Assembly: GCA_029265595.1 (NCBI GenBank)
Contig: JAJUIC010000002.1
Location: forward strand, 3,521 to 67,520
Direction: 5' to 3'
DNA from: Flavobacteriaceae bacterium
Lineage (GTDB): Bacteria; Bacteroidota; Bacteroidia; Flavobacteriales; Flavobacteriaceae
Length of the DNA: 64,000 nucleotides
The notes below the pieces were generated by a model, which searched no databases, had not been told where the DNA came from, and worked only from the letters and a program-made list of their open reading frames with translations. Below, one piece after another: positions 20,008-28,717 of this stretch; within the stretch, counting starts at the first letter, position 1; each line of letters opens with the position of its first letter. A program made the translations under genes and the position numbers.

Positions 20008-20799
20008 TTACATTTCCTCTTGTGTCCGACCTTTGTACTCCCTGCTGGCCTGAACCAGGAACTCAATCAGTTCCAATTCATTACCTTCTTCCAATAATTT
20101 CTGATCCAGTCCTTGTTCCCGGGTAAACAAGAGAAAATCATGGATGTCTTTTCTGGGAATCTGCAGGTTTTGCTGGAAGAAATTGTCATCGTACAGTGCC
20201 CGGAGACTCTGTTCTACAGCCACAGGGTTTTCCTTATCTGGAGAAAAAGAATTGTACAGCCCCTTGAAGATATTCACGAAATTTAATCCGTGCTGGAGAC
20301 CGCGCCTGCCCATCGCCACATTTTCAGGAGCGGTTTGGGGGTCCGGCCGAAACTCCCATTCAAATTCATTGATATCAGCGGCAGATTCCACCGGAAGCTC
20401 CGGAACATCTGTCGGAATTCTACGCACATCCACCTCAATATTCCCGGATAAATCAGGTTCTCCCACACGTACTTCAGGAAGTTCCGTAATACTTGCCGAT
20501 ACATAAATGTTTAACTGCCCCGCTTCTATAATAGTAGGATCGATTTCTATAATAAAGGGGTTGTATTGAACTGCAGAAAACTGTACAGAATCCCCTGTTG
20601 CGACCAAAATGCTGAAAGCGCCATCATTTTGGGTAACGGTTCCCTGTCCGGTGGCCGTATTAAAAACGGTGATGCCTGAGGGATCGTCTCCGGGAGGCAC
20701 ATGGACTTGCCCCTCTAACAGGACCCGATCAACCTCCTGAGCCGTAGCCATGGAAACCACCAAAAACATTATAAAGAACAAGCGATTCATTATATTCAT
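20008..20799 (-). CDS. Exported protein with carboxypeptidase-regulatory-like (CarbopepD_reg_2) N-terminal domain
   Basis: Signal peptide; GTVT..DGAFSI...GDSVQFSAVQY...ELPEV pattern. Confidence 0.75.
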   Translation of the reverse strand: MNIMNRLFFIMFLVVSMATAQEVDRVLLEGQVHVPPGDDPSGITVFNTATGQGTVTQNDGAFSILVATGDSVQFSAVQYNPFIIEIDPTIIEAGQLNIYVSASITELPEVRVGEPDLSGNIEVDVRRIPTDVPELPVESAADINEFEWEFRPDPQTAPENVAMGRRGLQHGLNFVNIFKGLYNSFSPDKENPVAVEQSLRALYDDNFFQQNLQIPRKDIHDFLLFTREQGLDQKLLEEGNELELIEFLVQASREYKGRTQEEM

Positions 20800-20863
20800 T
20801 TTTATTAACTTCTATGATTTTAAGATAACAAAATTTTACAGGATTCAACCAAAACTGACAGAC

Positions 20864-20878
20864 TAAACTTTCGTTAAA
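20864..20878 (-). promoter_or_regulatory. Putative transcription-factor site TAAACTTTCGTTAAA
   Basis: 14/15 identical to 1943-1957. Confidence 0.5.
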
Positions 20879-20968
20879 TGACCTCATCTGGAAATCATAC
20901 CCACGTGAAACAAATACCCCTTCATGACAAATTAATTAACTTTGGTAAAAACAAAAATTCTGAGATTA

Positions 20969-21676
20969 ATGAAGAACATGCTTCTGGCTAGCACCTCCAC
21001 CCTCCACGATCAAGCTTATCTGGATTACCTGCTTTTGGAACTTAAAGAATTTTATTCGGTAGGCTCACAGGTCTTATTTATCCCTTATGCAAGGCCCGGA
21101 GGAATAAGCCACGATGATTATACAGAAAAAGCACGAGCAGCATTTGCAAAAATCAACCTAGATTTAAAGGGTCTCCACCAGTTTCCTAACCAAGTGGAGG
21201 CTATCCAGCAAGCACAGGGGATTTTCACTGGAGGTGGAAACACCTTTTTATTGGTTCGCACCCTCTATTCACTGGGATTGATGCAGCCATTGAAGGAAGC
21301 AGTAAGCCAGGGCACCCCTTATTTAGGTACGAGTGCAGGAACAAACATCGCCGGGCTGACTATGAAAACCACCAATGATATGCCTATAGTCTACCCTCCC
21401 AGTTTCAATACCCTGGGACTAATTCCCTTCAATATTAATCCGCATTATCTGGATCCGGATCCCTCGTCGACTCATCAGGGAGAAACAAGAGAAACACGCA
21501 TCAGGGAGTTTCACCAGTTCAATAATATACCTGTTGTAGGTCTTCGGGAAGGAAGCTGGTTAGCGGTTAAGGGAAAAGAAATCACTTTAATGGGTAGTCT
21601 CTCTGCCCGAATTTTCCTCCCCGACACAGCCCCCTATGAAATTGAACCCGGCGCCTCCCTTAAGGAACTGAAATAA
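20969..21676 (+). CDS. pepE: Dipeptidase E (peptidase S51)
   Basis: GGGNTF, GTSAG catalytic Ser, INPHY, HQGETRE. Confidence 0.94.
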   Translation: MKNMLLASTSTLHDQAYLDYLLLELKEFYSVGSQVLFIPYARPGGISHDDYTEKARAAFAKINLDLKGLHQFPNQVEAIQQAQGIFTGGGNTFLLVRTLYSLGLMQPLKEAVSQGTPYLGTSAGTNIAGLTMKTTNDMPIVYPPSFNTLGLIPFNINPHYLDPDPSSTHQGETRETRIREFHQFNNIPVVGLREGSWLAVKGKEITLMGSLSARIFLPDTAPYEIEPGASLKELK

Positions 21677-22590
21677 TGGACTATAACCTCATACTAAAAC
21701 AGATACAAAGTGAGTTTGCAGATACCCCGATCTCTGGAAGGGTGGCCTCGTATATACCTGAATTGGCGAAAGTACCCCCGGATAAATTCGGCATGCATCT
21801 TCTGGACTGTAAAGGGAGACATTATTGTTTTGGCGATAGTAACGAGCGGTTTTCTATTCAGAGTATCTCCAAGGTTTTTTCGTTGGCCCTTGCCATGAAG
21901 GCGATCGGAGACGAATTGTGGAACCGGGTAGATGTAGAACCTTCAGGAGTGCCTTTCAATTCCCTTTCTCAACTGGAGAACGAAGCAGGGATACCTCGAA
22001 ACCCCTTTATTAACGCGGGGGCTCTGGTGGTAGCCGATGTCCTTGTTTCCAATTTTTCCAATCCCAAAGGGGCTCTTCTGACTTTCATTCACGAAATCAC
22101 CGGCGATGACAGCATTGATTTTGATCCAGTGGTTGCAGCCTCTGAAGCTCAGGAAGGTTATCGGAACAGGGCCCTGGTAAACTACATGAAATCCTTTGGA
22201 AATATTGAGAATAAAGCTGCTGATGTTTTAGACCTTTACTTTCACCAATGCGCGATCGAAATGTCCTGTAAAGATCTGGCTCAGGCATTCATTTTATTCT
22301 CCAACCAGGGTAAATTACTGGAAACCGAGCGGGAAATCTTAACCTCCGTACAAGTTAAACGGATCAATGCCCTGATGCAGACCTGTGGTTTTTATGATGA
22401 AGCCGGGGAATTCACCTTCAAGGTAGGACTTCCTGGTAAAAGTGGCGTTGGCGGCGGAATAGTGGCGCTCCATCCACAACATTATGCAGTTGCGGTCTGG
22501 AGCCCGCCCCTGAATCCCAATGGCAATTCGGCCTTAGGCATGGATGTTCTGGAACGCTTGACTCAGCTCACCGGCCTGTCCATCTTTTAA
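21676..22590 (+). CDS. glsA: Glutaminase
   Basis: YIPELA, FSIQSISK, NPFINAGA, GLPGKSGVGGG; TAATG coupling to pepE. Confidence 0.95.
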   Translation: MDYNLILKQIQSEFADTPISGRVASYIPELAKVPPDKFGMHLLDCKGRHYCFGDSNERFSIQSISKVFSLALAMKAIGDELWNRVDVEPSGVPFNSLSQLENEAGIPRNPFINAGALVVADVLVSNFSNPKGALLTFIHEITGDDSIDFDPVVAASEAQEGYRNRALVNYMKSFGNIENKAADVLDLYFHQCAIEMSCKDLAQAFILFSNQGKLLETEREILTSVQVKRINALMQTCGFYDEAGEFTFKVGLPGKSGVGGGIVALHPQHYAVAVWSPPLNPNGNSALGMDVLERLTQLTGLSIF

Positions 22591-22628
22591 TGCCGGACCA
22601 ACAATGAAGCCTTCGGAAAAGAAAAAAA

Positions 22629-23807
22629 TTAATAAATGAACTCTCCCATTTCACTTTTAATGGTCAGCTTCTTCTTCGGGGAATTCTCTACCCTTCCAAT
22701 CACTCTGGCATCTACACCCAGAGAGGTGGAAATCGAAATTATATCCTCTGCAATTTCCTGGTCAACATAAAGCTCCATCCGATGCCCCATGTTAAAAACC
22801 TGATACATTTCCCTCCAGTCAGTCCCGCTTTCTTTCTGAATCAGCTTAAATAATGGTGGAAGCTCAAAGAGATTGTCCTTAACAACATGCAGGTCATCGA
22901 TAAAATGAAGGATTTTGGTTTGGGCTCCCCCACTACAGTGAACCATCCCGTGAATTTCCTGATTCGTATATTTCTCCAGAATTTTTTTAATGACCGGCGC
23001 ATAGGTGCGAGTCGGAGACAACACCAGCTTTCCGGCATCCAATGGAGATCCTTCGACCTTATCGGTGAGTTTTAACGAGCCACTGTAAACCAGATCTTCC
23101 GGAATGGAGGCATCAAAACTTTCAGGATATTTTTGAGCCAGATATTTATCAAAAACATCATGGCGGGCAGAAGTTAATCCATTGCTTCCCATCCCGCCAT
23201 TATATTCCTTTTCATAGACGGCCTGCCCAAAGGAAGCCAGACCTACAATAACATTCCCTGGACGAATATTAGCATTGTCAATGACCTCACTGCGCTTCAT
23301 TCTGGCGGTCACGGTGGAATCCACGATAATGGTTTTAACCAGATCTCCCACATCTGCCGTTTCACCCCCGGTAGAATGAATGGACACCCCAAATGCTGCC
23401 AGTTCTTCCAGGAGTTCTTCGGTGCCGTTAATAAGGGCAGAAATCACTTCCCCCGGAACCAGGTTTTTGTTACGTCCAATGGTAGAGGACAGCATGATGT
23501 TATCCGTCGCTCCCACACACAACAAATCATCGATATTCATGATCAGGGCATCCTGTGCTATTCCCTTCCATACGCTCATATCCCCCGTTTCCTTCCAATA
23601 AAGATATGCCAATGAGGATTTGGTGCCCGCCCCGTCAGCATGCATAATCAGACAGTAATTGTCATCTCCGGTGAGGTGGTCCGGTACAATTTTGCAGAAC
23701 GCCTTTGGGAACAATCCCTTGTTCACGTTCTTTATGGCTTTGTGCACCTCTTCCTTACCTGCCGAGACCCCCCGCTGGGCATACCGCTTACTTATTTCCT
23801 GACTCAT
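22629..23807 (-). CDS. purM: Phosphoribosylaminoimidazole (AIR) synthetase, Bacteroidota type
   Basis: YAQRGVS, HADGAGTKS, GGETAD, GSNGLTSARH, VFNMG; start ATG 23807. Confidence 0.93.
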   Translation of the reverse strand: MSQEISKRYAQRGVSAGKEEVHKAIKNVNKGLFPKAFCKIVPDHLTGDDNYCLIMHADGAGTKSSLAYLYWKETGDMSVWKGIAQDALIMNIDDLLCVGATDNIMLSSTIGRNKNLVPGEVISALINGTEELLEELAAFGVSIHSTGGETADVGDLVKTIIVDSTVTARMKRSEVIDNANIRPGNVIVGLASFGQAVYEKEYNGGMGSNGLTSARHDVFDKYLAQKYPESFDASIPEDLVYSGSLKLTDKVEGSPLDAGKLVLSPTRTYAPVIKKILEKYTNQEIHGMVHCSGGAQTKILHFIDDLHVVKDNLFELPPLFKLIQKESGTDWREMYQVFNMGHRMELYVDQEIAEDIISISTSLGVDARVIGRVENSPKKKLTIKSEMGEFIY

Positions 23808-23847
23808 GATCTGATTTTGATGGTCAAAGATAAACAGATTTGAAGAA

Positions 23848-26034
23848 CTAGATGGTGAATAACAATTCCCTGTATTTAGTAAGCGGCCATATTTCGTCGT
23901 CCACAAGCAATTCCAGTTTATCACAGTGGTATCTGATGGTCGCCAGATACGGCCGCACCTGATCACAATATGCAAAAGCACGATCCTCTTTACTCTCCAT
24001 CACATTAGCTCTTTTTCGAGCTTCTATCATCTGAGTCACATCACTGTTGATGCGTTCTATATGAGAAGAAATATCCTCTATTATCTGCATCTGCTCTTTG
24101 GAGTGTTTCTCAAAATTATCTCCATAAATCTCCTTCAGCCCCCGCACGTTTTTAATAAGCACATTCTGATACCGTATGGCAGTGGGAATGATGTGGTTTC
24201 GCGCGATATCTCCCAGAATGCGGCTCTCAATCTGTATTCTCATGGAATATTCATCCAATTCGATTTCATAGCGAGCACGCAATTCAACGCGGTTCATGAC
24301 TCCGAGTTTCTCAAAAAGATCGAATGTCTTTTCCTGCGATTTGATTTTGAGGGCCCGCGGGGTGTTCTTATGGTTGCTCAAACCGCGCTTCATGGCTTCC
24401 TGCTCCCAGGCTTCCCCATAGCCATCCCCTTCAAAACGTATGTTCCTGGATTGTTTGATATAATCTCTCAGGACATTGAAGATGGCATCATCCTTCTTCA
24501 TTTTCTCGTTCTTAATCAGATGATCCACTTCCTTTTTGAATTCAAAAAGCTGATTGGCAACAATGGTATTGATAACCGTCATAGGCTGTGCACAGTTGGC
24601 CAGGGAGCCGACTGCCCGGAATTCAAATTTATTGCCCGTAAAAGCAAAAGAAGAAGTCCGGTTTCTGTCCGTATTGTCCAGTAATATCTCTGGTATTTTA
24701 CCCACTACGTTCAGCTTGAGTTCGGTCTTTTCCTGAGGAGAAAGCTTCCCATCGGTTACTTTTTCCAACTCATCAAGAACTTCTGTCAATTGAGAACCGA
24801 TAAAGGCCGACATGATAGCAGGTGGAGCTTCATTAGCTCCCAGTCTGTTATCATTTGAAGCACTCGCTATGGTTGCCCGCAACAATTCCTCGTGATCGTG
24901 TACTGCTTTAATTGTATTGATAAAGAAGGTAAGAAACCGCAGGTTCTTCATAGGGGTTGTTCCCGGTCCCAGCAGATTGACTCCTGTATCGGTACTCAAA
25001 GACCAGTTATTGTGTTTTCCACTACCATTGATTCCGGCAAAGGGCTTCTCATGTAATAAAACCACGAAATTGTGGCGCTCTGCAACTTTGTGCATTAAAT
25101 CCATCAAGAGCGAGTTGTGATCCACCGCCAGGTTGGCTTCTTCAAAAATAGGAGCCAGCTCAAACTGATTCGGAGCCACTTCATTATGTCTGGTTTTCAC
25201 TGGTACTCCCAGTTTGGTACATTCCAACTCCAGGTCTTTCATAAAAGCTAACACCCGAGTCGGAATCGATCCAAAATAATGGTCGTCTAACTGCTGACCT
25301 TTTGCAGGAGTATGTCCCAGTAAGGTCCTACCGGCTAAGGTTATATCGGGCCTGGAATCTGCAAGAGCAGAATCTATCAGAAAATATTCCTGCTCCCATC
25401 CAAGCGTTGCCTGAACTTTCTTCACATTCCGATCAAAATAGCGTGCCACCTTCGTGGCGGCTCTGTCCACTGCCTGGAGCGCCCGTAGTAAAGGGGTTTT
25501 AAAATCCAGGGCATCTCCCGTATAAGACACGAAAACACTGGGTATACAAAGAGTAGTACCATATATAAAGGCAGGAGAAGTGGGATCCCACGCGGTATAA
25601 CCCCGCGCCTCAAACGTGTTCCGCAGGCCTCCATGAGGGAAGCTGGAGGCATCGGGCTCCTGTTGTACCAATTGGTTCCCTCCGAACTTTTCAATGGAGC
25701 GACCCTCCCCTATGGTTTCAAAGAAGGCATCGTGTTTTTCAGCAGTGGTACCTGTAAGTGGTTGAAACCAGTGCGTATAGTGAGTTGCTCCCTTGGAGAT
25801 AGCCCATTCCTTCATTCCCGTAGAAATATGGTCTGCAATATCCCGGCCGATTTTGGCACCCACCTGGTTCGCCTGCATCACGTTTTCGAAGGCTTCCCGG
25901 GTCAAATACTGGCGCATGGCCTCCTCATTAAACACATTACTCCCGAATAATTCAGAACGTCGGGCAGGATCTTTTATTTCTAAGGGTTTGCGGTTGTGAG
26001 CCTCCTGTAAGGCACGGAATCGGAGTATAGCCAT
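23848..26034 (-). CDS. glnA: Glutamine synthetase type III
   Basis: THWFQPLT, EPDASSFP.GG, HEKPFAGINGSGKHNNWS, DRNRTS, 728 aa. Confidence 0.95.
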   Translation of the reverse strand: MAILRFRALQEAHNRKPLEIKDPARRSELFGSNVFNEEAMRQYLTREAFENVMQANQVGAKIGRDIADHISTGMKEWAISKGATHYTHWFQPLTGTTAEKHDAFFETIGEGRSIEKFGGNQLVQQEPDASSFPHGGLRNTFEARGYTAWDPTSPAFIYGTTLCIPSVFVSYTGDALDFKTPLLRALQAVDRAATKVARYFDRNVKKVQATLGWEQEYFLIDSALADSRPDITLAGRTLLGHTPAKGQQLDDHYFGSIPTRVLAFMKDLELECTKLGVPVKTRHNEVAPNQFELAPIFEEANLAVDHNSLLMDLMHKVAERHNFVVLLHEKPFAGINGSGKHNNWSLSTDTGVNLLGPGTTPMKNLRFLTFFINTIKAVHDHEELLRATIASASNDNRLGANEAPPAIMSAFIGSQLTEVLDELEKVTDGKLSPQEKTELKLNVVGKIPEILLDNTDRNRTSSFAFTGNKFEFRAVGSLANCAQPMTVINTIVANQLFEFKKEVDHLIKNEKMKKDDAIFNVLRDYIKQSRNIRFEGDGYGEAWEQEAMKRGLSNHKNTPRALKIKSQEKTFDLFEKLGVMNRVELRARYEIELDEYSMRIQIESRILGDIARNHIIPTAIRYQNVLIKNVRGLKEIYGDNFEKHSKEQMQIIEDISSHIERINSDVTQMIEARKRANVMESKEDRAFAYCDQVRPYLATIRYHCDKLELLVDDEIWPLTKYRELLFTI

Positions 26035-26144
26035 ATTCTTGATTTTGATTTATGACTCCAAAAATAGTATTTCTAGTTTTACCACCCACCAAAATTAGGG
26101 GGTCAAAATGAAAATTTATGATTTTTTAGCATCCACACCCCTTT

Positions 26145-27095
26145 CTATTCCATGATGAAGGCTAGACTAACAAAAACACCATATCCCGCAACCAATAAAA
26201 AACCTTTTAATCTTCCAATCTGGAATTTCTGGGGGAGAAAGGCAAAAGGAAGTAAAATCAGGGCGAATCCCAACATCCAGAAAATATCATTATCTAAAAT
26301 TTGTTCAGAATACACTACAATGGGCTGAATAAGGGAGGTAATCCCCAACACAGCACCTATATTGAAGATATTTGAGCCAATAAGGTTCCCCAGGGAAAGC
26401 GCTTTTTCTTTTTTTGCAGCCGCAATCACCGAGGCAGCCAATTCCGGTATACTGGTTCCCACAGCAATCATAGTAACAGAAATTACCCTTTCGCTCACCC
26501 CCAATAAAGTGGCAAGTCCAATGGCTCCGGAAACTAATAATTCGGCACCCCCCCATAAAGCACCCCCCCCAATGAGCAACCAAATAAAAATTTTAAAGGT
26601 GGATACCGTCTCCAGATTCTGATCGATATCTTCAACAGGTTTTTCCGGAGTTTTCCTTGCCAGTCGAATAAGGAAAAAGAGATAAATAACAAGAGCACCC
26701 AGTAAAAGCAGTCCTTCCATCCGCGTGAGCACCTCACCGGACTGTAGAAAAAAGTACAATACTAATGAAAACAACATCATCACCGGCCAGTTAAACTGGT
26801 AAAAATCCTTTTCAATGAGCAGCGGGGAAACCATGGCCGTTATCCCCAGAACCAGTCCGATATTGGCGATGTTTGACCCGATCACGTTTCCCAGAGCAAT
26901 GTCTGAATGCCCATCAAGGGCAGCCTCCAGGCTAACGAGCAATTCTGGAGCCGAAGTCGCAAAGGACACCACCGTCAGACCTATAACCATTTTCGAAAGC
27001 TTGGCTTTAAAAGATATTCCGACACTGGCCCGCACCAGGAACTCTCCTCCTACCACCAATAGCACTAACCCCAGAAACATGTATACAATACTCAT
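26145..27095 (-). CDS. Calcium/sodium antiporter (CaCA, YrbG-like)
   Basis: Two alpha repeats ATSAPEL..GNVIGSNIAN and GTSIPEL..GNLIGSNIFN. Confidence 0.93.
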   Translation of the reverse strand: MSIVYMFLGLVLLVVGGEFLVRASVGISFKAKLSKMVIGLTVVSFATSAPELLVSLEAALDGHSDIALGNVIGSNIANIGLVLGITAMVSPLLIEKDFYQFNWPVMMLFSLVLYFFLQSGEVLTRMEGLLLLGALVIYLFFLIRLARKTPEKPVEDIDQNLETVSTFKIFIWLLIGGGALWGGAELLVSGAIGLATLLGVSERVISVTMIAVGTSIPELAASVIAAAKKEKALSLGNLIGSNIFNIGAVLGITSLIQPIVVYSEQILDNDIFWMLGFALILLPFAFLPQKFQIGRLKGFLLVAGYGVFVSLAFIME

Positions 27096-27211
27096 ATGAA
27101 GAATAATTTAAATTTTTGGTTCTTTCTTTTATTTAGGTTTTATTTTCCCATTTGAACTCCTGACCTGCGTCAAATTCAGAAATGAGTATCTTTGTTAGAA
27201 AACCCGGTTTT

Positions 27212-27361
27212 ATGAAAAAAAAGGTTTTCCAACTCCTGGCCCGGATCAATAAAAAACTGCTGCCCAGTTATACTAAAAAAAAATTGGATCTTGCTCAGGC
27301 AAACAAGGTCCAGTTGGCCATTATTGGCTGGAAACTTTGGGTCACTAAAAATGCCCTTTAA
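27212..27361 (+). CDS. Small basic protein of a conserved flavobacterial type, 49 aa
   Basis: MKKKVFQLLARINKKLLPSYTKKKLDLAQANKVQLAIIGWKLWVTKNAL*; own -7 box TATCTTTG 27187-27194; stop overlaps the apt stop (TTAA). Absent from the ORF track. Confidence 0.8.
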   Translation: MKKKVFQLLARINKKLLPSYTKKKLDLAQANKVQLAIIGWKLWVTKNAL

Positions 27362-27870
27362 TACTGAAGGAGACTGACAACCTCCTGGCCCGATAATTTA
27401 CTGCGGCCATTTAAGAAGGAAAGTTCCATAAGGAAATTTACCTGTACCACTTCACCCCCCATGGCTTCTATCAGACGTACCGCCGCTGCAGCAGTTCCAC
27501 CTGTAGCAAGGACATCATCATGAATAAGTACTCTATCCCCCTTTTCAATAGCGTCTACATGCACTTCCAATGAATCTGTACCGTATTCAAGTTCATAAGC
27601 TTCTCTTCTAGTATCGTAAGGCAGTTTTCCGGGTTTCCGAATAGGTACGAATCCAGCTCTTAAATGCTCCGCCAGCAGGGTGGCAAAAAAGAATCCTCTG
27701 GATTCAATTCCCACTACTTTATGAATCTCCTGGCCTTCAAGCCGCTCCAGAAATTGCCTTACTGCTTCACGCATGGCATCCGCATTCATCAATAAAGGAG
27801 TGATATCCTTGAACCCAATTCCGGGTTTGGGAAAATCGGGTACGTCCCTGATGAATTCACTCAGCTCCAT
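27358..27870 (-). CDS. apt: Adenine phosphoribosyltransferase
   Basis: PDFPKPGI.FKDITPL, ESRGF, YELEYG, DDVLATGGT; start ATG 27870. Confidence 0.96.
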   Translation of the reverse strand: MELSEFIRDVPDFPKPGIGFKDITPLLMNADAMREAVRQFLERLEGQEIHKVVGIESRGFFFATLLAEHLRAGFVPIRKPGKLPYDTRREAYELEYGTDSLEVHVDAIEKGDRVLIHDDVLATGGTAAAAVRLIEAMGGEVVQVNFLMELSFLNGRSKLSGQEVVSLLQY

Positions 27871-28060
27871 ATTTATTGCTTTTGTAAGCACGAAGTTACT
27901 CTTTCTCCTTTTAAATTCCATACCTGAACTTCCAAAACCTCATCCCTTGTATTAAAAAATATTTTCTTTTTTAGTAAAAAAGCAACAACAATTTACCAGG
28001 TATTTAACGGGTTTAGAAATCTTCAACCTCTATTTTAGCTAAATCAAAAACAGTAGACAG

Positions 28061-28543
28061 ATGAAGAATTTGAAGGATTTGTTTGAGCACCAAATTAAAG
28101 ATCTGTACAGTGCAGAAACGCAATTGATTGAAGCGTTACCCAAACTCCAGAAACGAGCCAAGGATGACAAACTTAAAGATGCATTCAAAAACCATCTCGA
28201 AGAGACCAAACAGCATCAGAAACGCCTTAAAGAAATTGCCGACGAACTCGGGATTGAGCCTACCGGAGAAGAATGTAAGGCAATGGAAGGATTGATTAAA
28301 GAGGCCGAGGAATTTATGAAAGAAAAGCTGGATACAGATGTCATCGACGCAGGGGTTATCGCAGAGGCTCAGCGGGTTGAACACTACGAAATTTCAACAT
28401 ACGGCACAGCCGTTCGCTTTGCCAAGGAACTGGGACATGATGGCATCGCCAGGAAACTACAAGAAACTCTGGATGAAGAGTACAAGACAGACGACCTTCT
28501 TACAGAAATGGCGGAAAGCAGACTGAATAAAAAAGCAAAATAA
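28061..28543 (+). CDS. YciE/YciF (DUF892) ferritin-like stress protein
   Basis: DLYSAE.Q, HLEET, CKAMEGL, QRVEHYEI..YGT, TLDEE. Confidence 0.93.
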   Translation: MKNLKDLFEHQIKDLYSAETQLIEALPKLQKRAKDDKLKDAFKNHLEETKQHQKRLKEIADELGIEPTGEECKAMEGLIKEAEEFMKEKLDTDVIDAGVIAEAQRVEHYEISTYGTAVRFAKELGHDGIARKLQETLDEEYKTDDLLTEMAESRLNKKAK

Positions 28544-28567
28544 AAATCCGCAGCAAAAGAGTTAATC

Positions 28568-28696
28568 AGAGCTGTTTGAGGAACGTCCTCCGCCTATTTT
28601 TCTTGGTAGTAATTAGTTGGGTTGATTAAGAATGGAATGTACTGGTCGACCAAGAAAAATTAAAGGAATCCGTAGGGATCTTCAAACAGCTTTTTT
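28568..28696 (+). repeat. About 126-nt imperfect hairpin ending in a U-run (terminator, sRNA or REP-like)
   Basis: Outer AGAGCTGTTTGAGGA / TCTTCAAACAGCTTT; inner perfect 12-bp ATTTTTCTTGGT / ACCAAGAAAAAT. Confidence 0.7.
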
Positions 28697-28717
28697 CATG
28701 CATAAAAACAGCCAATT

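Noticed and set aside
23926-24684. 252-aa plus-strand ORF, and similar antisense ORFs at 40692-41114, 55640-56170, 42434-42889 and 4000-4446
   Set aside because: They lie antisense to strongly conserved genes (glnA, dnaB, acnA, accA, lipA) and show no recognisable motifs: shadow ORFs.
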